The notes beneath the pieces were generated by a model. The model did no database searches, was not told where the DNA came from, and saw nothing but the letters and a program-made list of their open reading frames with translations. Source: Octopus sinensis (Eukaryota). From it: a stretch of 64,000 nt of DNA. The stretch is from assembly GCF_006345805.1 (NCBI RefSeq), contig NC_043005.1:56296001-56360000 (forward strand), given 5' to 3'. Shown here piece by piece: positions 39,617 to 53,199 of the stretch; position 1 is the stretch's first letter; the number at the start of each line of letters is the position of its first letter. The translations under genes were made by a program, and so were the position numbers.

Positions 39617-39745
39617 TAGGTAGATAGATAGATAGAGATAGATAGATAGATAAGATAGATAGAGATTGGTAGATAGATAGAAAGGTAGATAGATAGATAG
39701 ACAGACACACAGACAGATAGATAGATAGACAGACAGACAGATAGA
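39358..39745. repeat. (GATA)n/(GAGATA) compound microsatellite
   Basis: Direct reading. Confidence 0.95.
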
Positions 39746-39872
39746 TGTATAGGCAGTTGTATATATATATAATCTGTGGCTATCAATTTAAATATGTTAA
39801 ACATAAATGTGTTTGGATATATATTACACACACACGAAACTCTCGGCCCTTGAGTCACTTATGTTTTCGCTA

Positions 39873-39935
<63 letters not shown>

Positions 39936-40389
39936 GTGTGTGTGTGTGAGAGAGAGAGAGGGGGGAGTGTGTGTGTGTGTGTCTGTGTATGTGCTATTGA
40001 GATGGTTATGAGAGGGTAGTCGTCCGTGCATGTATGTGCATGCTATTATAAGGTGCTTGTGCATACATGTGCTCGTGTAAGGCTTTTGTTTGGGTGACTG
40101 AATAATAAAACTTGTTTTTTTTTTTGTATGCATACAAAAATTCATGCTCAAGCAAACGTGATCGTCTATAAATATAAAAAAAATATATATATGTATGTAT
40201 GTATGTGTACACATCAGGCACGCTGTACTGTTGATGTTTTTATCATATCCACTAGCAACCCAACCAACATTGGTTGGTGGATGTACTAACTAGCACAGTT
40301 CTGCTTTCTGATGTAACAAATACCCACCCCGAACTGCTGGATGCGTAGGGTACTGTTGTTGTGAGAGATATCGTGTTGTCAGTGCTTTC

Positions 40390-41730
40390 ATTGTTTTCTC
40401 TCTCTCTCTCATATATATCTATCTGTCTCTGTATATACATACCCCCTCTCTCTCTCATCTTTCTATCTATCTGCCTCTGTCCATATATCTCTGTCTTTGT
40501 ATATACATACCTCTCTCTCTCTCTCTCTCATCTTTCTATCTATCTGCCTCTGTCCATATATCTCTGTCTCTGTATATACATACCCCTCTCTCTCTCTCTC
40601 ATCTTTCTATCTATCTGCCTCTGTCCATATATCTCTGTCTCTGTATATACATACCCCTCTCTCTCTCTCATCTTTCTATCTATCTGCCTCTGTCCATATA
40701 TCTCTGTCTCTGTATATACATACCCCTCTCTCTTTCATCTTTCTATCTATCTGCCTCTGTCCATATATCTCTGTCTCTGTATATACATACCCCCTCTCTC
40801 TCTCTCTCTCTCATTTTTCTATCTATCTGCCTCTGTCCATATATCTGTCTCTGTATATACATACCCCCTCTCTCTCTCTCTCTCTCTCTCTCTCATCTTT
40901 CTATCTATCTGCCTCTGTCCATATATCTGTCTCTGTATATGCATACCCCTCTCTCTCTCTCTCTTTCATCTTTCTATCTATCTGCCTCTGTCCATATATC
41001 TCTGTCTCTGTATATACATACCCCCTCTCTCTCTCTCTCTCTTTCATCTTTCTATCTATCTGCCTCTGTCCATATATCTGTCTCTGTATATACATACCCC
41101 CCTCTCTCTCTCTCTCTCTCTCATCTTTCTATCTATCTGCCTCTGTCCATATATCTCTGTCTCTGTATATACATACCCCCTCTCTCTCTCTCTCTCTCAT
41201 CTTTCTATCTATCTGCCTCTGTCCATATATCTGTCTCTGTATATACATACCCTCTCTCTCTCTCTCTTTCATCTTTCTATCTATCTGCCTCTGTCCATAT
41301 ATCTCTGTCTCTGTATATACATACCCCTCTCTCTCTCTCTCTCATCTTTCTATCTATCTGCCTCTGTCCACATATATCTCTCTCTCTCTGTATATACATA
41401 CCCCTCTCTCTCTCTCATCTTTCTATCTATCTGTCTCTGTATATACATACCCCTCTCTCTCTCTCTCATCTTTCTATCTATCTGCCTCTGTCCATATATC
41501 TCTGTCTCTCTCTCTCTCTCTCATCTTTCTATCTATCTGCCTCTGTCCATATATCTCTGTCTCTGTATATACATACCCCTCTCTCTCTCTCTCTCATCTT
41601 TCTATCTATCTGCCTCTGTCCATATATCCGTCTCTGTATATACATACCTCTCTCTCTCTCTCTGTCTCATCTTTCTATCTATCTGCCTCTGTCTCTGTAT
41701 ATACATACCTCTCTCTCTCTCTCTATCTCT
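40390..41730. repeat. Pyrimidine-rich minisatellite, about 60-70 bp unit, roughly 20 copies
   Basis: Unit (ct)n-catctttctatctatctgcctctgtccatatatctctgtctctgtatatacatacccc. Explains the 271-465 aa spurious ORFs. Confidence 0.95.
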
Positions 41731-41852
41731 CGACCTTTTAATATCTTTCTTTGAGTAAACAGAATTTTCCAAACTAATTAACAGGTCTAATGTTTAAGGA
41801 AAGCTTTTTCCGATATATATCTCTAGATTTTCTATTAATTATCCTTCAAAGA

Positions 41853-41887
<35 letters not shown>

Positions 41888-42234
41888 TACAAACAGCACT
41901 TCGTAAACATTACATTTATAACAGCAAAAAAGTGACTGGGTAGATTTTTTTTATTTGGGAACGTAAAAGAAAATTAATCCCGACAGCGTCTTGACATAAG
42001 GTTGCCAAATGGACATTGCTATCATTACATTGTAATTCGTGTTTTGTTGTGGTTCTTCGGTTGGTTGGTTTGGTTTGTTTATCTGTTCAAAATCAGAGTC
42101 GAGAACTATTTCTCGGTCATTCACAAATATAAAAACATCTTATCCAGCCAACATTTCACAATTTAAACAAAACACACACGTGTATGTGTGTAATATATAT
42201 ATAAATATATATATATATGGCGATGTTTCGCTTG

Positions 42235-42281
<47 letters not shown>

Positions 42282-43904
42282 AAAGGGATTAATAAAACCA
42301 GGTAGATATTTAGAAAGCACTCTGTTAAACCAATCAGGTACCAATATTGTATGTATGTATCAATAAGTGTGTGTCTTTTTTTTTTTATTTGTTTTGGTGA
42401 TTAGATTGTCGCCGTGCTAGGTTACCGCCTTCAAGGGTTTGGTCGAACGAAAATGGACCTCAGTACTTATTTTTTAAAAACTCTGTACTAATTCTATGGG
42501 CTCCTTTTTTTGCCGAACTGCATAGTGACGGGGACGCAAATAAACCAACACCAGTTATCAAGGGGAACAAACGAAAGGATACACGGGTACGTACTTGTGT
42601 GACAGACTTCTTTCAGTTTCTGTCTACAAGACACTTGCCCGAGGTGCCGGGCAGTGGGACTGAATAGCACTTCGATGTAGCTAAGATATATTCTAAAAAT
42701 CTTTCAAATATAAGAATCTATTTTCAAATGAGAACGCTCCCTGTAAAACACCCCCAGGTAGGGAAGGAATTAGAGTAAGAAAACCTTTCCCTGCAACGCC
42801 CCTTCGTTAGTTGAATCGGTTTATTTCGTCAAAGCACAAAAACCGTCTTATATGTGATAAAATGTGATGTGGTGGCGAGCATTCGTGTAGAGATGACTAA
42901 ATTAGTCCTGTTAGGGAATCGAAACTGAGCTTCTCGGGGTCACGTAGAACTTTCGTCTTGCTCTACAACGCTGTGCTGCGTCAATATATAAGATCGATTT
43001 CTAGCTTCTGTGCGAGGCCCCACCCACCCTGTAAGGAATAGAAACCGGACTGAGGATTAGCCTCACCTGGGTTTGATTTGATGCTATACGACGGGTAGGA
43101 TCTTTCCGTATTCTTGCTGTTAGATAAAGACTCTGTGTGTGTGTTTTATCATTAAGCCAATTACGTGAAGAGACGCTGTTGATTTTTAGCCCAAAGTCAG
43201 GCCTGATCGAGCGGACCAATAAACCAAGGTTTTCTGAAGTGGGAAGGGGTATGTAGGTTTGGTTGGTATTGCTAAGCAGGTCATGCGATCACGCAGAGGC
43301 TTCTACGTTGACTCCTTGAAACCAACTTATAACAGTTGTAGTTATTATATACAAGCATCGTTACGAGATCAGATAATCGTTAAAAAAAAAATAACAGCTA
43401 GGTTGTGACAAGCACAAAAGAAAAATAGTGAAAATAATAGTGGGCGGACACAAAGCATGGACTGAGACTTTTTTCAGTCTGACAACAATAAAGCGTCGCG
43501 TCTCGTACTGTTGCTGCGTGTCTTAGCAGGCCAAGATTTGGTTGCTTAGTAACAAATAGGTCACACGTTAAAATAGATTTTTTTTTTCTAAATCTGCTTT
43601 ACAGTAATGCTTAAGTTTTTTTAGGTTTTTTTTACTTTTAAAACTAATCAGATATTCTAATAATTTATCGTTAGCAATTAATTTGTTTCGTTTTCATCTT
43701 TTTTCTTTTGAAGTATCCAATTATTTAAAAAAAATTTGCTATTTCCTTACGTAAGTGCTTTAAATTTGTGTGTGCGCGCGCGCACAAATACATGCACACA
43801 TAGGTAAATGTGTTGGGGCTTGGTTTTGTAAAATGACTTGAAAACTTAAAACAGTCAGACAGTCAGAGTGAAATATTTCAGCATCGAACACAACGTCCAT
43901 TCTC

Positions 43905-43963
<59 letters not shown>

Positions 43964-44214
43964 GGACCAGGAGGAGGTAGTGAGGTTACAGAGCCTTGCT
44001 TCAGTTGAGAGTCATGTTCTCTAATCCACTGTCGTCTCCCTATTACATATAGGCTGTGTTATAGTTTATACTAAATCAACCTGCTTCACAAAAAATCCAA
44101 GCATATCACACACAGAATACATGCCCACCACTACATTAGTTAATAGACGTTAAAAAATTAAAAAAAAAGAAAAATGGGAGAGTAAACCTATTTATGAAAA
44201 TGTAAACATTGGTC

Positions 44215-44773
44215 GGATCTTTTCCTTTTGAACGGCACTTTGTAACATAATTTCTAGGTAACTAAAAAGTTTTAAACTTCATATACTGGTAGAATGTGTT
44301 TATAAAACATCATTTTCTCTTGGCTTTATTGAGAAAATTCTATAGTTTGTAAGATATTTCGTCTGAAATTTCGAGCATTTCGGCAATTTTAACCAATCGA
44401 TTACCTCCATTGACGTAAACAACATTCCGTGCTGTATGAATATGTCCCTCGTTTAAGAAACAGATTGGGTTTATTTACATTTGTGAAGAAAAAAAGATAC
44501 CCTTCCCCCACCCCTAACTCTAACCCTAAATCTAAAATAGATTGAAATGCAATAGATCGATACTAGGGTTATAATTATGGGTGACAATTTCATACGACAC
44601 CGCTACGGAAAATGGGACTTTTTTCTAGCGGTGTCAAATGAAAATGTCACCCATAATTATGGCCCTAGTATCGATCTATTGCATTGCAGTCTATTTTAGA
44701 TTTAGGGTTGGGGAAGGGTATCTTTTTTTCTTCACAAATATAAATAAACCCAATCTGTTTCTGAAACGAGGGA
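44215..44773. mobile_element. Second copy of the same MITE followed by an inverted partial copy
   Basis: 44215-44604 matches 46603-46985; 44626-44773 is the reverse complement of about 44445-44604. Confidence 0.85.
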
Positions 44774-45527
44774 TGCCAAATAAACAATGGCAAAACATCA
44801 ACTACCCATCTTTCACCACTTCTTTTTGTGTATTCACTGGCCTACTTCTTCTAAAGGTTTCTTCCACTTGGATAATCTGGTACTTCTTTGCATAGCTGTC
44901 ATCCTCTTAATGCATCACTTCTCTGTATCAGCTCGATTTTCTCTCTTTTTCACTGCACTCTGATTTTTCTTACACCTAGTTTATCGCTCAGTACATTTGT
45001 ACTCTCTCAGCTGTACACACTGACATTACACATCCAGCAGCACACACTCACTTCCTTTCTCTCTAACTTTTGCACATCCTCCGAGAATGAGATGCTTGGA
45101 TAATATCCATAAATCCCATTTTGTCATGCTTGATCACCCAACCAGAATGACGGTTGCTTCTGATAGGACCCAATGAAGGAGGTATTTGAGGACTCTACCC
45201 CCAACAAACCTCTCAGGAATGGTAAACAGAGCAGGTAGACAGTTGAATGGTAGAACAGCTGATAAAATAATACTTGCAGTATTTACTTATGCATTTTCCA
45301 TTCTAGTTTTGAATCTCACAAAGGTCAAATTTGCTTTTCATCTTTCTGTAATCAATAAAATAGTTTCACTACAGGTAGGTTTAATTGACACTTCTTCCTT
45401 TTTTTTTTTTTTTTTACTTGCTGAGTTTGGTGTAAGAGCAGTGCTCCTGGCCTCTTCAGCCATCCACTCCTCCCTTAGATTGGCGTGATTGATGCCGTTA
45501 ATAATCCTTTTTAACTTTTATATATCA

Positions 45528-45930
45528 ACTAGCAGCATAGCCCGGCGTTGCCCGGGTATGTAAGAGCCCCTAGTAGACAACGACTAATCCCAATCTAGTT
45601 CTTTCCCTCTGGGGAACGAAGGCGCATGTGTAGGTTGCAGTGTCTTCTCTTCACTCGAATACTTCTATGTATACGATGTTCCTAGCTGTCTCCCGACAGA
45701 AAATGTGTTGCATATAAAAAGCTTAGATTCTCGACCCCATGTTGAATTTATCGATGTTTTTCAGAACTGGGGGAACTTTTCAAAATTTTCGCTGCGTTAG
45801 TTTTGAATTATGACATTGGGCTATGTATGTGTCAAGTTTCATCAGAATCGGTTGAAAGCCGTGGTCAGGGTGAGGGTACAACCTGACAGACACACAGACA
45901 GACAAACTGCCGTTTATATATATAGAGATA
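45528..45930 (+). mobile_element. Helitron/Helentron-type non-autonomous element (DINE-1/Lep1-like layout)
   Basis: 5' actagc...cccggcgttgcccggg subterminal hairpin and 3' (acag)n-aaactgccgtttatatatatag end. Family assigned from layout only. Confidence 0.5.
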
Positions 45931-46602
45931 TTTGCAAGAAAGATATATAAGCAGGGGTGGGGAATTCCAGAGAGCCAGCATCTTGGGAAGGAAGGACTGG
46001 GCATGATGATTAGTGTAGGAACCTAATGGGCTGGACACAAAAAGAGTGATGATTTGAGGAGAGAGATGAGATGAAGTGGCATGGACCCAGGTTGCAACAT
46101 GGAACAAAAGTTACTATAGTAGTAGTAGTAAAAAAAGGTAGAGAGAGGAGACAATGCACTTGTGAGCCAGGGATAATGTATAACGGATTAGCTTTAGTTT
46201 TAAGTTTAACCCCTGTTGTTAATTCCAAATCAGCCCCGATCAAATAGACATATAATCAAAGTTATTTTTACTATGACTCTTTTTTTTTTTTTTACTAGAC
46301 ATAGTGTATCTAGAACTAACTTAGCCAATGTGAACTTATTAAAGATAATAAGATTTGATTTGAGGAAGGCTTGTTTGCTATTTCTAACAAGTTGAGTGCA
46401 ACCATGTAGAGGTTTCCATCATCTCACCCCCTCCTCCTGTGGATGAAACATGCATTCAGAGCATACCGTCTATTCCCAACCCATCCCTTTGAATGCTCAT
46501 CCTTCCACTGTAGCTGTTCACATCAATCTCACCAATTTTAGAGGGACTGTCGTTTCTCCTGTGATTCACATGTATGAAAGAAAAGAATAATGAAGGAAGT
46601 GT

Positions 46603-47015
46603 GGATCTTTTCGGTTTGAACAGCAGTTTTTAACATAATTTCTAGGTAACTAAAAAATTTTAAACTTCGTATACTGGTAGAATGTGTTTATAAAACATCT
46701 TTTTCTCTTGGCTTTATTGAGAAAATTCTATAGTTTCTAAGATATTTGTTGTTTTTTTTTCTTCAATTTCTGCAATTTCAACCAATCAATTATGTCTATT
46801 GAGGTAAAAAAAACATTCTGTGCCGTATGAATATGTCCCTCGTTTAAGAAACAGATTGGGTTTATTTACATTTGTGAAGAAAAAAAGATACCCTTCCCCC
46901 CACCCCTAACCCTAAAACAGATAGAAATGAATAGATCAATACTAGGGTCATAATTATGGGTGACAATTTCATATGACACCGCTAGAAAAAACTGCCATTC
47001 AAACCGAAAAGATCC
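46603..47015. mobile_element. MITE with GGATCTTTTCGGTTTGAA TIRs and 8-bp target duplication
   Basis: TIR ggatcttttcggtttgaa / ttcaaaccgaaaagatcc; flanks ggaagtgt (46595-46602) and agaagtgt (47016-47023); internal (CCCTAA)2. Confidence 0.85.
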
Positions 47016-47329
47016 AGAAGTGTAGATGCTGATATGAGTCTAATATTGGCCTCTTACCTATGCAGCAACAACATACAAGACAATGAAAGGAGAGCATCTG
47101 CATGGCTTGAAACAGCAGGCAAATCTACCTCAGTTTATTACACTACCATCTTAAAATCAGGAATGACACATTCAATAAATACACCCAAAACCATGTTGTA
47201 AAGGGAACAGACATGCTTACAATTTCTTTAAATCTTTTTAAAAGGGTACAGACAAACTTTTGTTTCATGAGGAATGTTGTTTTCTTCAGAATTGTTGCAT
47301 GTAAGCAATTGCATTTTTTAAGAAGGCAT

Positions 47330-47551
47330 CAGAAAGTCACATAGTCTGACTCATACATCATATCTGCTGTTGATGACTTTTTTTGACCAACAAGATGAAA
47401 GCTTCTTCACCAGTGGGAGTCAGACACAACAACACTGATGGAAATAGCGTGTGGACTTGCAAGGAGGGACTAAGTTGAAAAATAAACTGCATTTTGTCGC
47501 ATTCCATGAGAGTACCTTGGTCAATCTATGAACTTTTCAGCCAACCCTCTT
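47330..47551 (+). mobile_element. Mariner 3' end fragment
   Basis: Decayed FFDQQDESFFTSG..RW..C...GDYVEK-like coding end followed by a gaacttttcagccaaccctc TIR-like end. Confidence 0.55.
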
Positions 47552-49029
47552 AGTATAGCCTTTCCTTGAAAAGATGTTCCCCTATGCAAAATTTCGACCC
47601 ACTAAATCAGTAGTTCTCAAATTAGTAAATACTACATCACCACCTCCGCTACCGTCAAAAAATTCCTTGTAAGTTAATTTTTTGCACAATATCCTTTCTT
47701 CTTCTCTTCATTGTAGATGAGAAGAGGGTGGCAAGCTGGCAGGCTTGTTGGCACACTGGATAAAATGCTTAACAGCGTTTCTTCGGGCTTTACATTCTGT
47801 GTTCAAATACTGCTGAAGTTGATTCAGCCTTTCATCCTGTTGAACTTGATAAAATAAGCACCAGTTTAATATTGGATTCAATGTAATTAATTTACCCTTC
47901 TCTTGAAAAACTTCTGGCCCTGTGCCACAAAATAGAAAGAGTTATTAATGAGAACATAAAAGTGTTTGCATTTACATAATCCTTCTTCATCTTATTGGTG
48001 GGACAAGTTTTAAGTCATTTTAAATGTATTAAACATGACAATTTGTCTTTCCCCACTTTTGAGTTTTTAAGGGGTTCCTTCCATTAGGGATCTTGTCCCC
48101 ACTTTCAGAAACACTGAGTTCGGTGCAAAAATGTAGTATTACACACTTGCATACACACAAACACACGAATACATACATATATGCAAGCATACACACATAT
48201 ATCAAGAAGATTAGTCATGTATATATTAAGTTACTAATTTGTTTACATACAATATTTATCTCCCTCTCACTCTTTATCACTCTTTCATTCACACTCTGTA
48301 TACACACAGCTACACACACAATACATATAAAATGAGTGTAGATAAACAAATTAAGTAGGTTGTGTGTGTGTATGTGCGTGTGTATGTGTGCGTGTGTATG
48401 TGTGCGTGTGTGTGTGTGCATGAGAAGTTTGTCTGAATATTTGGAGAGAACTTACCTTTCACCTTTAAATTTGAAGCTCCATGCCTCAATCAAGAATTAA
48501 TATTTAAATGCATTTGCACTTTTATAAAGATCATCATCTTCATCTACAGCAGCAACCAATTGTTTGTTAGTTTTTTTTTTAACCAGTTTTCAATACAGTA
48601 GCATTCAATATATCTTTAATATGGGCCAAGGGATCTCTCTACACAGTTACATAACCTACTAGAAACAACATTCATATCTTCCTCAAATGAGGGTCATCTC
48701 AACAGTATTTTAGGTTCCTCTGGGCAAAGTAATGCACTGTGGTGGGGGATGCCTATACACAGTCATAACGTACATAGATTAGCATTGAATCTCCTAGAGT
48801 TATGGGGCCCCTTAGATAACAATCCAGTGTGCCTGTACTTCAAAATGACCCCATCTTGAATCACATTTTGCTGTCTTAAAAAGATACACATTGGCTAATG
48901 TAACCCATGATGCACTAAATATGAAAAAAATACAAGGTGTTCATAATTGGAACTCTTTTGATCATAGGTCTGCTAAATAAAAACTGACCTGGGGCCAGTT
49001 GCAATAGTATTGCTTATCTCCAGATATTT

Positions 49030-49400
49030 CCAGCCTCTCTCCAGTTCTTTTTCAACATCTTCCTGGAGAACATCATGCAGGAAACACTTGAAGACCTCTC
49101 ACCCCACTATTTCCATTGGAGGAAGACCCATTTCCAACCTGCACTTTGCTGATGATATTGACTTGTTACGAAGCAGTGAAGCAGAACTACATGACCTCAC
49201 CACCAGGCACAGAAAAGTATCAGGAGCATACATGATGGAGATCAGCCTAGAAAAGAACAAGATCCTGCTTAGTGGTAACAACCAAAACACAACTAACATC
49301 ATGCCAAACAGTGAGAAACTTGATGAAGTGGACACCTTCGAGTACCTAGGATCCACTTTGACCAAGCACAGCAAATTCAGAAGGAGATGACAAAATTGGA
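49030..49400 (+). mobile_element. RTE LINE reverse transcriptase fragment
   Basis: ISIGGRPISNLHFADDIDLL ... LDEVDTFEYLGS (FADD and YLGS motifs). Confidence 0.85.
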
Positions 49401-50589
49401 CTTACCATGTTTTAACGTGTATAAGGAACCCTTTTCTTTCAAAAATTAGGTAAAAAAAATATGGGAGTTTTTATACATGGATAATATTATGATCCCTTAC
49501 AAAGCCTTTTTTCCAAATCTTAAGCCCCAAAATTTAGGGGCTTCCTTATACATATTAAAATACAGTAACTTATTATTATCCAGTCATGCTGTTGGCATGG
49601 ATTCCCATGACTCTCTGTCACCACCCAATTCTAATTTAATTGGGAGGTTGAGTCATTATGAATCTTTCATTAGCTGATTACACAACCATGGACACTGCTC
49701 CTATCGATGCATTGCAGTTGCTCTTTTAATAGATCTTGGTGATCCTGACTGAATCTTCTAGGATTCCTCCTCTCAGCATCAGTGTAAGAATCACCACTGG
49801 CTCAGTTGAGCTTTTCCACTACCTCTTTACAATGCACCGTGCTGCAGTCCCATGACTTCACCATTACCCTGGCAGAGTGGTTGAATGGGTGCTATGACTT
49901 GCCAAAGAGCAACCCAAAACGATTCAGAGCATGTCATCACTCTGTGAGATGTTTTCAAAATATTTGCATTCCCACTCAATAAATAGACCTGTTATCAAAA
50001 CTATTCCAGCCATGGCCATTTTAACTTTTGCAATTTTGAGAAGTTTGCTCCCCAACCACATGGTTTTTGGTTCAGTCCCACTGCCTGGCATCTTGGGCAA
50101 ACATCTTCTACTATAGCCTTGGGTTGACTAAAGCCTTGTGAGTGGATTTGTAGACAGCAACCATAGGAAGCCTGTTGTATATGTATGTATGTGTGTGTAT
50201 GTATGCATGTATGCTTGCTTGTCCTTGTCTTGACATTGCATGATAGTTGTTTTTACTGTCATACAAGCAGTGTCATTCACTTCAAATATTCTGTGAATAT
50301 ATCTGGTCACAGGGAAATATTAGCTTGCTTGGAAACAGGCCATGAAGCGGGCAACTGGAATGGCATCTGACGAGAGAAAATCTGCCTCAATAAACACTTA
50401 TCAGACCCATTCTAGCATGGAAAAGTGGTTGCTAAAACGATTGTAGCAGAGGCAGCAACAGCAGCAGTGTCGGTGGCATCAGCAGTGATGGTGACATTGG
50501 CATTGGTAGCAGATCCAGTGCCTACATTATATAAAGTGTTCTCTTTTTAAGACAGTAGGGTATGATCAGATGGAGATTTGTCTGCTGAT

Positions 50590-50990
50590 ACTTCTTATAG
50601 AAGAGAATTAATGCATTCAAGCTTTGGTGTTGGAGAAGACTTTTACGGATTCCATCATCAGCGAGGCTCACCAATGGAGAAGTTCTTAAACAGATCAAGC
50701 CGAAACTGTTGCTAGAAGCTAGGATCACCAAGCATAGAATGACATATTTTGGTCATATTATGCGGAGAAAATCCCTAGAGAAAGACATCATGCTCGGAAT
50801 GGTCAGTGGCAAGAGAGGAAGAGGCCGACCAAGAACCCGCTGGCTTGACACCATCAAGAGTGATACGGGAATGGACATAGCCAATCTGAAGGAAGCGGCC
50901 CAGGATAGAACTGGCTGGAGGACACTGATCCATCGAGTAACCGAGAGTCGACTTCGACTGAGCAGATAGATAGATAGATACTTCTTATAC
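50590..50990 (+). mobile_element. 5'-truncated RTE LINE 3' end, little decayed
   Basis: MTYFGHIMRRKSLEKDIMLGMVSGKRGRGRPRTRWLDTIK, followed by an (AGAT)n tail. Confidence 0.85.
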
Positions 50991-51612
50991 CAGATTTTCT
51001 CTCAGCTCATTTTTGCTTCTTTCATTCATATACACTAACATTATCCATGACATACCATAGTATGTTTGCCTCATTTCTTTCTAGCCTTCACACACACACA
51101 CAAACTCTGCATTTAAAACCCAATGTTTCACTGCCATGCAAAATTACATCTCATATACAATCTGCCCTTCATGTAGATAATCCTTCCCATGGCCAGCAGA
51201 AACATGTAGCTACCTGAACCTTTTCAATCTGTTCATAGTTTGGCTACTATAATTTGGGACCCCACCTCCTGTGGTGATTAGATCACCCAGGTAACACAAG
51301 CTATCAACTATATCTGAGGACCCTTCTGTTTAAAAAGGAAAACATACCAGTGCTGTTACTGCTTGAAAATATGAAAACAAAATACATAGAAAACTTATCT
51401 TTTACGTGTACCTGTCATTTGAATGCAGCCTTACTGGGGAATTGCCTTGACAGTTTAATTGAACAAATTGACCCCAGTTCTTATTTTTAAGTCTGATACT
51501 TATTCTATCAGTCTCTTTCGCTGAACCGTTAAGTTACAAGGTAGTAAACAAACCAACACTTGTTATGTGGAGGTGGGGGACAAAGACACAAACATTCATT
51601 CATTCAAACATG

Positions 51613-51682
<70 letters not shown>

Positions 51683-52725
51683 ACAGGCTTCCACACAGTT
51701 TCTGTCTACCAAATTCACCCTTAAGGCTACAGTAGGAGACACTTGCCCACATCCAGAATGACATGGTTGAAAATCACTTCTTAACCACACAACCATGCCT
51801 ATGGCTATATATTCAATTTTCATTTTATTTCTGCAAAGTACAGTCTGTCATGAGTTGTCTGAGAATTTCAGCACATTTCTGAGATTCAGTGGAATGGTGA
51901 CAGTAACAAGGTTACAGAAGTGCAACAAAACTTCTTGATGCTTCATAATAGAGAGTACTTTTAAGAAGAAAATGCAGAGTAAATATAACAGCTGCTGTGT
52001 TTTCTCAACTAGCTATCTTCAATGTAATTGTTTCACTTTTAGCACATGGTTTCAGATAAAATCTGTTGCCAGGCAAGTGCAGCTCCAAAATATGTGTGTC
52101 ATATGCATGTATACATACACACATACATTCATACATACATACATGAGCATGTCTAGACTTGCAATTATATGCATGAGAATACATAAAATAAAACATACAA
52201 ATCTGCACATTTACATACATACATACAAACAAACAAACAAACAAAATACCCTGCTGTTGTTGTTGAAATTTCAGTAAAGGAGCCTTGGAAACCAACTCTT
52301 TTTCTGTTGGCAAAAAATCTTGAAACAAAATTGAATAATTACATACATACACACACGTGCACATGTACACACACACACACGCACGCATGCACACACACAC
52401 ACACACACAGATAGATATAGGTGTGGTGAGATAGACAGTAGGGATTGAGGAAATTCAGATGAATTCTTCAGTCAGCACTCCATGTGAAAAAGCTGGTTAA
52501 CAAAATGTCGAGTGAGGAAGATGGGAATCCATATAGTTTGAAGGCTGACTTTTTCATTTATTAATTGATTAATTAATTAATCAGTTATGCATACAAACTA
52601 ATGTGTAGCAATGAAATAGTTCCTGCACATTCGAAACCATCATAATCTTGTATGTAATAATTTCATCTTTGCATTTTTAATCTGATTGCTCTGTCTGTGT
52701 GTATCTCTTTATGTATATATACATA

Positions 52726-52788
52726 CAAAGTCGAGCCTAGTTAGTACTTAGATGGGTGACCGCTTGGGAAACCTAGGTGCTGTAAACG
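52726..52788 (+). pseudogene. 3' half of 5S rRNA (truncated pseudogene or 5S-derived repeat)
   Basis: gtcgagcctagttagtacttagatgggtgaccgcttgggaaacctaggtgctgta matches metazoan 5S GTCGGGCCTGGTTAGTACTTGGATGGG.GACCGCCTGGGAATACC.GGTGCTGTA. The 5' half is absent. Confidence 0.85.
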
Positions 52789-52879
52789 TCATACTCTCTG
52801 AATGGTGGTGCTCCAGCATGGCCACAGCTTATGAGCTGAAACTAGATAAAATTGAAAAAAAATAAAATATTAAAAAAAT

Positions 52880-53120
52880 ATATATATATGGTGACACGTA
52901 AAAAGCACCATCCGATCGTGGCCGTTTGCCAGCCTCGTCTGGCACGTAAAAACCACCCACTACACTCACGGAGTGGTTGGCGTTAGGAAGGGCATCCAGC
53001 TGTAGAAACACTGCCAGATCAGACTGGGCTTGGTGCAGCCTTCTGGCTTCCCAGACCCCAGTTGAACCGTCCAACCCATGCTAGCATGGAAAGCGGACGT
53101 TAAACAATGATGATGATGAT
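52880..53120 (+). mobile_element. SINE-like repeat ending in (GAT)n (aaaagcaccatccg...cccatgctagcatggaa)
   Basis: A second copy is present at 62195-62460. Confidence 0.75.
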
Positions 53121-53199
53121 ATGTATGTATGTTCCATTGTATACCTCATAGATGCTGTGGGATACATCATCACTGATGTTTCTGGTGTCTGAGAAAGTT

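Noticed and set aside
40361-41758. Long ORFs of 465, 414 and 271 aa
   Set aside because: They are translations of the pyrimidine-rich minisatellite, which lacks stop codons; low complexity and no protein features.
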